Assembly: GCA_040954595.2 (NCBI GenBank)
Contig: JBECUI020000030.1
Coordinates: 62,001 to 126,000, forward strand
Reading direction: 5' to 3'
Length of the DNA stretch: 64,000 nucleotides
Origin: Balanoglossus misakiensis
Taxonomy: Eukaryota > Animalia > Hemichordata
The position numbers and the translations under genes are program-made. Under the pieces are notes generated by a model. It was not told the DNA's origin. It saw nothing but the letters and a program-made list of their open reading frames with translations, and searched no databases. This document shows, piece after piece, positions 40,287 to 50,642 of this stretch; within the stretch, counting starts at the first letter, position 1; every line of letters starts with the position of its first letter.

Positions 40287-41198
40287 CTAATCCGGATGTT
40301 TCGCCAGCCCTTCCGGGGCTTTAATATGTTGTACCCCCACCACCATAACAACAAGGGGAACAATATAAGGAAGCGCTCGAATAATCTGCGGCGGGAAATT
40401 AAATTGTTGGAAATATATCTGACAAGCCTCGGCAAAACCAAATAAAAGAGAAGTAACCATAATTCCAATAGGAGAAAATCGTCCCATAATATTAATAACT
40501 ACGGCTATATAACCTCGCCCCGCAGACATATCTCGAACAAAAAAATCTAAATAAACTATAGAAAGAAATGCACCGGATAGACCGGCAAGCATGCCACAAA
40601 TAACAACAGCAACATACTTATGCATAGATACGTTCAATCCTAAAGAAAGTGCTACACTCGGATTTTCTCCTATGGAACGAAGACGAAGTCCAAAAACAGT
40701 TTTGTACAAAAGTATATGGCTAATAATGATAAAAACAATAACAAGATACAGAAAAATTGACTGAGAGGCTAATATCGGACCGAGTATCGGAATATTCTGT
40801 AATCCCGTGAAATATCCTGCATCGATGGTAGCAACTGTTGGAGAATTGCTTCTGTTGCCCCACAGCACAGTTAACAGCATAGTTGTTGTCGCAGAAACAA
40901 GCAGATTGAGTCCTATACCGCTAATAACCTGATTCATCCGGAATCGGACACAGAAAAGTGCATGGAGAAACCCGATAATCCCCCCTCCTATTATACCGGT
41001 TAATATACCAATCAGAGCACTGCCCGAAGCATACGCCCCCCATACCGCAGTAAAGGCACCAAAGAGAATCATCCCTTCTAAGCCCAAGGCCATAACTCCA
41101 GCCCGAGCAGAAAAAACTCCCCCCAACGCTGCAAGTAGTAGTGGAATTGTCAGTGATAAGGTAGAAAGCATTAACGTTACAAAGATTGAATTAGTCAT
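40287..41198 (-). CDS. Nucleoside ABC transporter permease (NupC-like)
   Basis: LGGVFS..AGV...GLEG, GENP, AGRGYIA. Confidence 0.9.
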   Translation of the reverse strand: MTNSIFVTLMLSTLSLTIPLLLAALGGVFSARAGVMALGLEGMILFGAFTAVWGAYASGSALIGILTGIIGGGIIGFLHALFCVRFRMNQVISGIGLNLLVSATTTMLLTVLWGNRSNSPTVATIDAGYFTGLQNIPILGPILASQSIFLYLVIVFIIISHILLYKTVFGLRLRSIGENPSVALSLGLNVSMHKYVAVVICGMLAGLSGAFLSIVYLDFFVRDMSAGRGYIAVVINIMGRFSPIGIMVTSLLFGFAEACQIYFQQFNFPPQIIRALPYIVPLVVMVVGVQHIKAPEGLAKHPD

Positions 41199-42270
41199 AT
41201 TTTCTTCTCGAAGCAAGTTTTGCCATACCCTGCGTAAACCATTGAATGATTTTTGGACCGGCAACAAAAATAATAATAACGGCACCAATGACATCAACAA
41301 AGTCAATGGACACATTAGTAGTACGACCAAGGACCATAGAGCCAGCTTGAAGTGCCCCAAAAAGAATGCCAGAAAAAATTACCCCTATCGGATGGTTTGC
41401 TGCCAATGCCGCTACGGCAATACCAGTCCAGCCGTAGCCCGGTGAAAAATTGCTGACAAACCGGTGATCAACACCGAGAATATGGGCACCCCCACCAAGA
41501 GCAGCAATTCCCCCACTGATTGCAAAGGTTATAATTACAATATATCCCACTCTGATGCCACCAGTTTCGGCTGCACGTGGGTTCAATCCGACCCCCTGTA
41601 TCTCAAATCCAAAGGGTGTTTTGTTGAATATAAAATGAAACATAATACACATACATACAGCTATAATGATGGCAGGCGTAACTTGCTGTTGCTCGAAGAA
41701 TTGGGGAAGCTGTGCTGTTTCCAGTATCGTTTCTGTTTCTGCTATCCATTCCATTGCTTTAAGAGGATAATTGACCAGATAATCGGTGCAGTAGATGATA
41801 ATAGAATTAAGCATAATTGTAGTAATAACCTCGTTGGCACCGTATCGCACCTTCAAAAACCCTACTAATGCACCAACAAGACCGCCAGCAATAATAGCCA
41901 TAAGCAGGACAAAAACGAGATGAATAATCGGTGGCATTGGTATATAGGCACCGATAAAGGCTGCAGTTATGGCACCCATATACAATTGTCCTTCTGTCCC
42001 GATATTGAGCACTCCAGCCTTCATGCCAACTGCATAAGCCAAACCGGTAAAAATAAGCGGAGTCGCCTGCGATAGGGTTCGCATACAAGACCGAAACGAT
42101 CCAAATGCCCCATTAAAAATGGCACCGTAAGTTTCCAAAGGGGAATATCCGCTGAAAAACAGAACGATACCTCCAATAATCAAGGCAACAATAAACGAGA
42201 AAATTACGCGCGGAAACGCAGGGTATTGCTTCCCATGTTTTATAAGTGTATGCCACCATGACAACTTCAT
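41191..42270 (-). CDS. Nucleoside ABC transporter permease (NupB-like)
   Basis: TPLIFTGL, NIG.EGQ, NEVITTIMLN, GYGWTGIAVA. Confidence 0.9.
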   Translation of the reverse strand: MKLSWWHTLIKHGKQYPAFPRVIFSFIVALIIGGIVLFFSGYSPLETYGAIFNGAFGSFRSCMRTLSQATPLIFTGLAYAVGMKAGVLNIGTEGQLYMGAITAAFIGAYIPMPPIIHLVFVLLMAIIAGGLVGALVGFLKVRYGANEVITTIMLNSIIIYCTDYLVNYPLKAMEWIAETETILETAQLPQFFEQQQVTPAIIIAVCMCIMFHFIFNKTPFGFEIQGVGLNPRAAETGGIRVGYIVIITFAISGGIAALGGGAHILGVDHRFVSNFSPGYGWTGIAVAALAANHPIGVIFSGILFGALQAGSMVLGRTTNVSIDFVDVIGAVIIIFVAGPKIIQWFTQGMAKLASRRKYD

Positions 42271-43793
42271 GCTCTCATCTCCTTTCCCGAATCTGTTGTC
42301 ATAAGTCGTCCCAGTTCATTTTCAGTAAAACTATCAGTTGCTCCCGCAGCAACAATACGTCCCTCATACATAACTAATAACCGATCACTCAGGGAACGAA
42401 CTTCATCGAGGTCCGCCGAAATAAGAAGAATTGCCTTTCCTTGATCGCGCAGGTCCAACAGACGGGTATGGATATACTCCATAGCACCGACGTCAATTCC
42501 TCGAGTTGGTTGTGCGACAATAAATACATCCGCATTACTACTGAAAACCCGACCAATAATGATTTTCTGTTGATTCCCACCAGATAAAGAACCAGCAACT
42601 GTTTTTTGTGAGTTTGTTTTTATGCTAAACTCCGAAATAATCGTACCGGCATGCAACCGAATATCTTTCTCTTTGAAAACCCCATGTCTTGTAAATTTCT
42701 GTTCTCGATGGTACCCAAGAATAATATTTCGAGCAATGTTCATAGGAAGGATTAACCCACGAACCTGACGACTTTCTGGAATATGCCCAATACCATTGCG
42801 CAAAAATGTACGTACATCCCCCTTAATGTTTTTCCCATGTAAAAACATTTCACCACCAGCTGGCTGGGTAATGCCTGTTAAAATTTCTACCAGCTCCGTT
42901 TGTCCGTTCCCTTCCACCCCGGCAATGCCGAGAATCTCGCCTTGTTTCAACTGAAATGCAATATCGGAAAGAATAGGGCGTTTGTTTTTTTTCAAAGTGA
43001 TGTTCTTAACTTCAAATTGTACAGCCCCAACATTCTTTGTTCTCCTTGAAATACCCAACTCTACATTCCGACCCACCATCATCCTAGCTAGGTCATTCGT
43101 GCTGACCGCTCCTACTGGAATTCCGTGTTCTATTACCTGCCCGTCCCTGAGTACCGATATCCGATCTGCCAAAGACAAGGTTTCTTTCAGTTTATGCGTA
43201 ATAATAACAATACTTTTCCCTTCTTCTTTCAGTTTTTTTAAGATAACAAAAAGGCGATCAACTTCTGGTGGTGTTAATACGGATGTTGGTTCGTCAAGAA
43301 TCAAAATGTCGGCGTTTCTACACAGCATTTTAACAATTTCCACCTGCTGTTGCTCACCAACAGAAAGGTCTTTTACCATTGATGTCGGTAAAAGGTGAAA
43401 TTGAAACCGATCAATCATACTTTGAACTTGTCTTCTACCACGATAGGTATCATAAAATATCTTGCCACGGCGTGGTTCCATACCCAAAAGGACATTATCG
43501 GCAATGTTCATTTCGCGAACCAACATAAAATGCTGATGTACCATGCCAATGCCCATAGCAATTGCTTGATGAGTGCTTTGAATACTAATCTCTTTTCCTT
43601 TAACGAAAATCTTACCGTCTTGATACGGTATCATCCCGTAAAGGATTTTCATTAATGTTGTCTTACCGGCACCATTTTCACCAAGCAAAGAGTGTATTTC
43701 TCCTTGCTTGAATGAAAAATTTACATTGTTCAAAACAATTGCATCGGGTGTGGTATACCATTTTACCATCCCGCGCATATCAACTATGTTCAT
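42267..43793 (-). CDS. Nucleoside ABC transporter ATP-binding protein (NupA-like, two NBDs)
   Basis: GENGAGKT, GMVHQHFML, GVEGNGQ, LSGGNQQK, AQPTRG. Confidence 0.92.
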   Translation of the reverse strand: MNIVDMRGMVKWYTTPDAIVLNNVNFSFKQGEIHSLLGENGAGKTTLMKILYGMIPYQDGKIFVKGKEISIQSTHQAIAMGIGMVHQHFMLVREMNIADNVLLGMEPRRGKIFYDTYRGRRQVQSMIDRFQFHLLPTSMVKDLSVGEQQQVEIVKMLCRNADILILDEPTSVLTPPEVDRLFVILKKLKEEGKSIVIITHKLKETLSLADRISVLRDGQVIEHGIPVGAVSTNDLARMMVGRNVELGISRRTKNVGAVQFEVKNITLKKNKRPILSDIAFQLKQGEILGIAGVEGNGQTELVEILTGITQPAGGEMFLHGKNIKGDVRTFLRNGIGHIPESRQVRGLILPMNIARNIILGYHREQKFTRHGVFKEKDIRLHAGTIISEFSIKTNSQKTVAGSLSGGNQQKIIIGRVFSSNADVFIVAQPTRGIDVGAMEYIHTRLLDLRDQGKAILLISADLDEVRSLSDRLLVMYEGRIVAAGATDSFTENELGRLMTTDSGKEMRA

Positions 43794-44854
43794 AGACGAT
43801 AACGATTCTGACTAACCCATGAATCAACCGCTTCTGGTTTATTCGGAAGTATCAACTCTCCGCTCAATATTTTATTCTCTATATCTTGTACAATATCAAT
43901 GACATTTTGAGGAACGCCAACATTGCTCTCATCAAGAGAGTAGCCAACAACTCCCTCTTGCAATCCCCAATTAAACTTACCTGCCTGCCATGTACCAGCC
44001 ACGATCATCTGTACCTGATTGTACACCATGTCATCGACCTTCCGAATGGCTGTAGCAATAATATAATTAGGACTAATGTAATTCTGATTTGGTCCAATGC
44101 CATAGGCATAACGCTGAACCTCCTCAGCTGCATTAAAGACTCCCAACCCAGTACCACCGGCAATGTGAAGTATCTGATCTACCCCTTGATTATACAACTG
44201 GTTGGCGAGCGATTTACCCTTGGCTGGATCATTAAACCCACCAGCAACCAAATTGTAAGTTTGAATTTCGGGATCTATATAGCGTGCACCGGCAAAAAAA
44301 CCAGCTACGGCAGCCCTGAGAACAGGCGCATCCACACCAAGGACTGTCCCTATTTTCTTTGTTGACATATTGATAAGTGGTAACTGATCGTTTTGAATGA
44401 GCAGACCAGCAAGAACACCACAGAGAAAGGTTTGGTCTTCAAAACGGGTAGTAATCGACACAACATTGTCTCGTTCTGCTGCAAGACCGTCAACAAGAAC
44501 AAATTTCTGGTTAGGGAACTCCGCAGCTACCGTATCTACTGCCCTTTGCTGGCTAAATCCCAATGCTACCAATAGATCATACTCTTCACTTTCGGCAAAC
44601 AGTCGCATCTGCGTCTCAAAATCGCTCGCTGAATTCGGTTCACTAACATCAAACTCAATGCCAAAACTCTCTCTGGCACGCTGCATACCATCATAACCCA
44701 TATCATTGAAATTCTTATCCCCCAACCCCCCAACATCTAACATTAAACCAAATCGCATAATGGGACCTTTGGTGCTTGCTCCTTCAGAATTCCCTCCTGC
44801 GAATATCCATGTAGTACATAGTACTACAAGCATACCTATTAATATGTTTTTCAT
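43790..44854 (-). CDS. BMP-family (PnrA/TmpC-like) nucleoside-binding protein
   Basis: GGLGDKNFN, F.DPAKG, AGGTGLG; GGAGG RBS; FAGG-type signal peptide. Confidence 0.9.
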   Translation of the reverse strand: MKNILIGMLVVLCTTWIFAGGNSEGASTKGPIMRFGLMLDVGGLGDKNFNDMGYDGMQRARESFGIEFDVSEPNSASDFETQMRLFAESEEYDLLVALGFSQQRAVDTVAAEFPNQKFVLVDGLAAERDNVVSITTRFEDQTFLCGVLAGLLIQNDQLPLINMSTKKIGTVLGVDAPVLRAAVAGFFAGARYIDPEIQTYNLVAGGFNDPAKGKSLANQLYNQGVDQILHIAGGTGLGVFNAAEEVQRYAYGIGPNQNYISPNYIIATAIRKVDDMVYNQVQMIVAGTWQAGKFNWGLQEGVVGYSLDESNVGVPQNVIDIVQDIENKILSGELILPNKPEAVDSWVSQNRYRL

Positions 44855-44950
44855 AACATACCTCCTTGCAACACGACTCTAAAGATAAGGAAAGAATTTT
44901 GGATAATCAGAACTATTCACATACTCTCCTTCACTAATCGCAAATTAATG

Positions 44951-45021
44951 CCTTCACAATAGTCAGCTTTTTACGGGGCTGCTAGAAAGTCTTGACCATA
45001 TTTCAAGATTATATCTGAAAG
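44951..45021 (-). ncRNA. Purine riboswitch aptamer (guanine-type, C74), upstream of the nucleoside ABC operon
   Basis: Minus strand: P1 CTTTCAGATA/TATTGTGAAGG, J1/2 TAA, P2 TCTTGA-AATATGG-TCAAGA, J2/3 CTTTCTAG, P3 CAGC..CCGTAAA..GCTG, J3/1 AC. Confidence 0.88.
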
Positions 45022-45159
45022 TTCTATTAAGAATTTTATAGTAGATACATTTTTTATGCAAGAGTTTTACATTGTTTTTTGAAATAACGAAAAAAAAACT
45101 TGACATATTCTATGATTCATGGGATAAAGCTTATTATAGTACTATAACCGAAAATAACT

Positions 45160-46506
45160 ATGGAATACGTATCATCAATTAATCACAAGGGGCAAGGCCT
45201 TATTACTTCAAATGAACACTCGGTATCCGTACCCGGTGCTCTTCCCGGCGATTACGTAGAGGGAAAGATAAACTGGCAGCGTGGGAAAATTCGACAGATA
45301 CAACTAAAACATGGCGACTATGCAATTCCACCGTTCTGCCCGCATTATTCTGCCTGCGGTGGGTGTCAATGGCAGCATGTGCCCTATGACGTACAACTTC
45401 AATACAAAGAAGCAATCCTGCACGCAGCCTACCGTGAACAACTGTATGATACTATAGAACGCATCCCCATACTGCAAGCAAATATTACACAGTATTATCG
45501 AAACAAGATGGAATTTACATTCTCCAAATATCGTTGGTTTGAAGAATCGGAACAGCGAGAATCCGAACGCGATACCCGCGGGCTTGGATTACATGTTCCC
45601 AAACGTTTTGATCGCATTGTCAACATTAACAACTGCTATTTGCAAGACAGCAATGAAATACGCAATGGGATTCGTAACTTTGCCTTTGAAAAAAATTACA
45701 GCATGTACGATGTGCGCAACCATACCGGTATGCTCCGCATGCTTCTTATTCGAACAACACTTCATGGAGAATACATGATTGTTCCGGTATTTGCCGGAAA
45801 CAACGAGAGCGCTCAAAAAGAACTATTACAGTTTATTGAAGAACAGTATAAAACTGTTACCTCACTGGGATACATTATTAATAACAACCTAAACGATAGT
45901 CTAATGAACTGCTCCGTACAGTTATGGGCAGGACTTCCATACATTACCGAGAAATGTGGGCATCTCTCCCTTCGCATTTATCCTCTATCCTTTTTTCAGA
46001 CCAACTCATATCAGGCTGAAGCACTGTATAGATTGATTCAGCAATGGGCAATGGAAGACTCTCCGAAGATACTCTATGATATCTACTGCGGCATTGGGAG
46101 CATCGGACTCTTTCTTGCAAATGATCAGAGCACGATTATCGGCATTGAATCGGTTCCGTCAGCAATTGTAGCAGCACGAGAAAACGCTCGGTTAAACAAC
46201 ATCGACCAAGCCACCTTCGTGGAAGGGAAGGCAGAAGATGTTGTCAACAAGGATTTGTTTAGTCAACATGGATACCCGGATTTAGTTATTGTGGATCCCC
46301 CGCGTGCAGGATTACATGCACATCTGCGAGAACTGCTCATTGCCGAACGTGTGCGCCGTATTATCTATGTTAGCTGTAATCCGGCAACACAGGCAGCTGA
46401 TGTAGCACATCTTTCATCTGTATACCGTTTAAGTCGTCTACAAGCAGTCGATATGTTCCCACACACACACCACGTCGAAAGTGTTGCACTCCTGGAAGCC
46501 CGTTAA
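45160..46506 (+). CDS. rlmD: 23S rRNA (uracil-5)-methyltransferase RlmD
   Basis: C.HY..CGGC, YRNKMEF, SFFQTN, DIYCGIG, DPPRAG, YVSCNP, DMFPHT.HVE. Confidence 0.93.
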   Translation: MEYVSSINHKGQGLITSNEHSVSVPGALPGDYVEGKINWQRGKIRQIQLKHGDYAIPPFCPHYSACGGCQWQHVPYDVQLQYKEAILHAAYREQLYDTIERIPILQANITQYYRNKMEFTFSKYRWFEESEQRESERDTRGLGLHVPKRFDRIVNINNCYLQDSNEIRNGIRNFAFEKNYSMYDVRNHTGMLRMLLIRTTLHGEYMIVPVFAGNNESAQKELLQFIEEQYKTVTSLGYIINNNLNDSLMNCSVQLWAGLPYITEKCGHLSLRIYPLSFFQTNSYQAEALYRLIQQWAMEDSPKILYDIYCGIGSIGLFLANDQSTIIGIESVPSAIVAARENARLNNIDQATFVEGKAEDVVNKDLFSQHGYPDLVIVDPPRAGLHAHLRELLIAERVRRIIYVSCNPATQAADVAHLSSVYRLSRLQAVDMFPHTHHVESVALLEAR

Positions 46507-47579
46507 GAGCTTTCCGGGTGCTCAAACGAATCCAAATAAGTCGCTAACTGCCGATTTACTTTAATAAAGGTTGCACGCCGAGAAAATTCCTTGAGGTATT
46601 TTGCCCCAATATAGGTCCCTGTACTTCGTAAACTTCCTAAAAGGTCTTGTATAAAATTATTTACATCACCCTTATGCGGAATTAACGTATACTTCCCTTC
46701 ACTTGCTCGGTAGGGTTCCTTTTTTCCGTACAGTCGTTGCATTGCAACATTGGACGATGTGCCATAGTATTCCTTAAACAGCCCATCTTCTCGTTTCACG
46801 GTTTTCCCACCACTTTGTTCAAAGCCTGAGAACATCTGCCCAAACATATTAAAATCAGCACCAGCACAAAAAGCTTTTGCCACACAACTCGGATACTGCT
46901 GACCACCATCTGCAATAATGAGCCCATATCCCTTTTCATTGGAAATGCCATGTGCTGCATCACTGCACTCAATAACAGCACTTAGTTGCGGGTACCCCAC
47001 ACCGGTCATGCGACGAGTAGTACAACTACTCCCCGGACCAATCCCTACTTTTACAATATCCGCACCGGAGAGGATGAGTTCTTCTGTTATCTCATTACTG
47101 ACTACATTACCGGCAATAATAATATGTTCAGGACATAACTGACGAATTTCCTGTACCTTTTCCAGAAAAATGTTGATATACCCATTCGGCACATCAAGAC
47201 AAATAAAGGAGAAATGTTTCAATAATGACCTCTTTGCCATGGCCTTAAACTGATCCATGTCCTGATCTCGTATACCGAGCGAATAGCAAATATAATCCGG
47301 ATTATCAAAGTCTTCAAAAAAACGAGCGTAGTCATCAGGGCTATAGAACTTATGAAAACAGGTAAGCATTCTATATTTACTTATAACCCGTGCCATTTCA
47401 AAGGTACCGCAGGTAGTCATATTAGCAGTTATTACAGGAATTCCTGTCCATTGCCTTGATACATGATAAAACCGGAATGTACGAACCAATTCAACTTCTT
47501 TTCTACTAACTAGTATAGAACGCTTGGGGCGCAACAATACATCTGCATAATCCAATTTAATGTCTGTATCAATTCTCAT
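46503..47579 (-). CDS. guaC: GMP reductase
   Basis: DVLLRPKRS, KVGIGPGSSCTTR, GVGYPQLSA, YRASEGK. Confidence 0.92.
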   Translation of the reverse strand: MRIDTDIKLDYADVLLRPKRSILVSRKEVELVRTFRFYHVSRQWTGIPVITANMTTCGTFEMARVISKYRMLTCFHKFYSPDDYARFFEDFDNPDYICYSLGIRDQDMDQFKAMAKRSLLKHFSFICLDVPNGYINIFLEKVQEIRQLCPEHIIIAGNVVSNEITEELILSGADIVKVGIGPGSSCTTRRMTGVGYPQLSAVIECSDAAHGISNEKGYGLIIADGGQQYPSCVAKAFCAGADFNMFGQMFSGFEQSGGKTVKREDGLFKEYYGTSSNVAMQRLYGKKEPYRASEGKYTLIPHKGDVNNFIQDLLGSLRSTGTYIGAKYLKEFSRRATFIKVNRQLATYLDSFEHPESS

Positions 47580-47732
47580 ACCATATCTCCAAGAAATAGT
47601 ATCAAAAAAAGATTATTGTGATAAGGGCTTTCTGTAATCACATGTCTATTGTCATATTATTTCTCATACATTACTATTAAGGTATACGGTTGTAGTAATT
47701 GCAACCCATGCTCAACTATGGAGAATAAATCA

Positions 47733-48959
47733 ATGATTATTGCGATACCACAAGAAAATGCAAGCGATGAAAAACGTGTTGCTCTTATTCCTGCTCATGT
47801 ACCGGCATTAACTGCCGCCGGGTGCACCGTACATGTTCAAAAATCAGCAGGAAAAGAAGCAGGATATGATGATTCACAATACCAAGAAAAGGGAGCAACT
47901 ATTGTTAATTCACGTAAGCAGTTATTTGCAGACGCTGATGCACTGCTAACTGTTCGCACACTCGCGGCTAACCCGGAAAAATCAACGGCGGACATGAAAG
48001 CTTTGAAAAAAAATGCTACCCTCATTGCACTTATGAACCCATACATTTCTCATGAGTCTATTCAGTACCTACAATCAAGAAAAATACAGGCATTCGCCTT
48101 AGAACTCTTACCGCGTATCACTCGTGCACAGAGCATGGATGTTCTCTCCTCCATGGCAAGCATTGCCGGATATCGAGCGGTTCTGCTTGCTGCAGCGACA
48201 CTTCCCCGTATTTTTCCAATGATGATTACCGCAGCAGGCACAGTTACTCCTGCGCGTGTTTTTATTATCGGAGCCGGAGTTGCCGGTCTACAAGCAATAG
48301 CAACTGCACGCCGTTTAGGTGCATCCGTACGAGCCTACGATCTTCGTCCAGCAGTTCAAGAGCAAGTTGAAAGTCTCGGTGCCAAGTTCGTTGCACTGGA
48401 TTTGGAAAAAAGTGATAATCAAGAAAGCAGCGGATACGCAAAAAAGATGGATGAAGAGTTTTATCAAAAGCAACGTGAACTTCTTGCTGCTGTACTTGCC
48501 AGAAGTGATATCTGTATTACAACAGCCGCAGTGCCGGGCTCAAAAGCACCAACCCTTATTACAAAAGAAATGGTCGAACAAATGCCGGTTGGCTCCGTTA
48601 TCGTCGATTTGGCTGCCCCGAACGGTGGGAACTGTACACTTACCAAGATCAATCAACATGTTCGACATCAAGGGGTAAGCATTATTGGAGATAGCGAACT
48701 GGCTTCATGCCATGCGTATCACGCGAGTCAGCTTTTTTCGCGGAATATCAGTAATTTCCTTCTGCACCTTCTGCAAGATGGAAAAATTGTTATTGATGAA
48801 GCCGACGAAATTGTACAACATACTCTGCTTATCCATGACGGAGAGCCGAAACTTGACTTTTTCTCCAAGCATTTCTCTGATAGCACGAAGAAGACGCCAG
48901 TTAAATCAACGCGGAATAAAAATAGCAAACCTGCAATACAGGATAAAAAAAGGAGTTGA
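47733..48959 (+). CDS. pntA: NAD(P) transhydrogenase subunit alpha, part 1
   Basis: EKRVAL, PRITRAQSMDVLSS, GAGVAGL; GGAG RBS. Confidence 0.93.
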   Translation: MIIAIPQENASDEKRVALIPAHVPALTAAGCTVHVQKSAGKEAGYDDSQYQEKGATIVNSRKQLFADADALLTVRTLAANPEKSTADMKALKKNATLIALMNPYISHESIQYLQSRKIQAFALELLPRITRAQSMDVLSSMASIAGYRAVLLAAATLPRIFPMMITAAGTVTPARVFIIGAGVAGLQAIATARRLGASVRAYDLRPAVQEQVESLGAKFVALDLEKSDNQESSGYAKKMDEEFYQKQRELLAAVLARSDICITTAAVPGSKAPTLITKEMVEQMPVGSVIVDLAAPNGGNCTLTKINQHVRHQGVSIIGDSELASCHAYHASQLFSRNISNFLLHLLQDGKIVIDEADEIVQHTLLIHDGEPKLDFFSKHFSDSTKKTPVKSTRNKNSKPAIQDKKRS

Positions 48960-48960
48960 G

Positions 48961-49245
48961 ATGTTTGAATATATGTCATTAATTACTGTCTTCGTTTTGG
49001 CAATTTTTGTCGGATTCGAAGTCATTACAAAGGTTCCCCCAACATTGCATACGCCACTTATGTCAGGATCAAACGCAATTTCCGGCATTACCATTATTGG
49101 CGCACTATTAGCATCGGGAGACGGAACCTCTACATTAGGAACGATACTTGGGGTACTTGCATTAATTTTTGCAACTATTAATGTTGTCGGCGGGTTCGTG
49201 GTAACTCACCGAATGTTGAGAAAATTTCGAACAAGGAAACAATAA
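48961..49245 (+). CDS. pntA: NAD(P) transhydrogenase subunit alpha, part 2 (membrane)
   Basis: VPPTLHTPLMSGSNAISG, NVVGGF.VT.RML; GGAG RBS. Confidence 0.92.
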   Translation: MFEYMSLITVFVLAIFVGFEVITKVPPTLHTPLMSGSNAISGITIIGALLASGDGTSTLGTILGVLALIFATINVVGGFVVTHRMLRKFRTRKQ

Positions 49246-50642
49246 TGATATACGATTTATTTATTGACATCGCATACCTTGTCGCTGCTGCATTGTTCAT
49301 CTTTGGACTCAAAGGGCTGAGCCACCCCCGAACTGCCGTATGGGGGAACCTCTGTGGCAGCATCGGTATGTTGCTTGCAATTGCCGTAACATTGCTGGAC
49401 AAACAAATTGTTAGCTACGAATGGATTATTGTCGGAATTCTTGTTGGATCCCTTATTGGTTTGATTTTTGCTATTAAAATTCATATGACTGCAATGCCGC
49501 AAATGGTCGCTTTATTTAATGGCTTCGGTGGTATGGCATCGGTATTGGTTGCAAGCGTTGTCCTGCACAATATCAGCATATCCTTTACGCAGCACATTGA
49601 TATGGGAACAACAATAGCCGTTACCGCCTCATCCATTATCGGAAGTGTAACATTTTGGGGAAGCTTAGTAGCATTTGCGAAACTTCAAGGTCTTATTAAC
49701 GAAAAACCCTTGCGCTTTGTACTAGAACATCTGGTAAAAATTATTCTCTTCCTTGCCGCTCTGGCTGTATCTGTCCTGCTTGTTATGGATCCCACCCGCA
49801 TAGAATATTATTGGTGGTTAACCGGCATCGCATCCCTACTGGGTATTATACTTGTTATTCCCATCGGAGGAGCAGACATGCCTATTGTTATTGCATTGCT
49901 GAACTCATACTCCGGACTGGCAGCAGCAGCAACCGGGTTTGTATTGAGTAATAATATACTTATTATATCCGGCTCACTTGTCGGTGCATCCGGTATTATC
50001 TTAACACGTATTATGTGTAAGGCAATGAATAGTTCGTTAGGTGCAGTACTCTTCGGACTCGGTGGGGATACTGGAAAGGTAGCAGATGATGACATATATG
50101 CCGGCAGAGTAAAAAAGACCTCCTCCGAAGAAGTCGCAATGATGCTTAAAACAGCCCAACGGGTTGTATTTGTACCGGGATACGGTATGGCAGTGGCACA
50201 AGCTCAGACTGGTGTACGACAACTGAGCGAACTTATGGAACAAGACGGTATTACCGTAGAGTTTGGAATTCATCCTGTAGCAGGCCGTATGCCTGGACAC
50301 ATGAATGTCCTTTTAGCAGAAGAAAACATTGCCTATGAGAAACTAAAAGACCTGGATCAAATTAATGCCAGCTTCGCTTCGACTGATGTTGTCATTGTTC
50401 TCGGCGCAAACGATGTGGTAAATCCGCTGGCACGAGAATCTTCGGGCAATCCCATATCAGGTATGCCTATTTTGAATGTCGATCAAGCACGTAGTGTCGT
50501 AATAATTAAACGTAGTATGAGTCCGGGATTTGCAGGTATACCCAATCCCCTCTTTGCTGCTGATAATGCACTCATGCTTTTTGGTGACGGTAAGCAGGCA
50601 ATGGAAGAGTTGGTTGCCGCTTACAAGGAAACCAGCGGCTAG
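49245..50642 (+). CDS. pntB: NAD(P) transhydrogenase subunit beta
   Basis: MPQMVA, IGGADMP, PGYGMAVAQAQ, HPVAGRMPGHMNVLLAE. Confidence 0.96.
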   Translation: MIYDLFIDIAYLVAAALFIFGLKGLSHPRTAVWGNLCGSIGMLLAIAVTLLDKQIVSYEWIIVGILVGSLIGLIFAIKIHMTAMPQMVALFNGFGGMASVLVASVVLHNISISFTQHIDMGTTIAVTASSIIGSVTFWGSLVAFAKLQGLINEKPLRFVLEHLVKIILFLAALAVSVLLVMDPTRIEYYWWLTGIASLLGIILVIPIGGADMPIVIALLNSYSGLAAAATGFVLSNNILIISGSLVGASGIILTRIMCKAMNSSLGAVLFGLGGDTGKVADDDIYAGRVKKTSSEEVAMMLKTAQRVVFVPGYGMAVAQAQTGVRQLSELMEQDGITVEFGIHPVAGRMPGHMNVLLAEENIAYEKLKDLDQINASFASTDVVIVLGANDVVNPLARESSGNPISGMPILNVDQARSVVIIKRSMSPGFAGIPNPLFAADNALMLFGDGKQAMEELVAAYKETSG

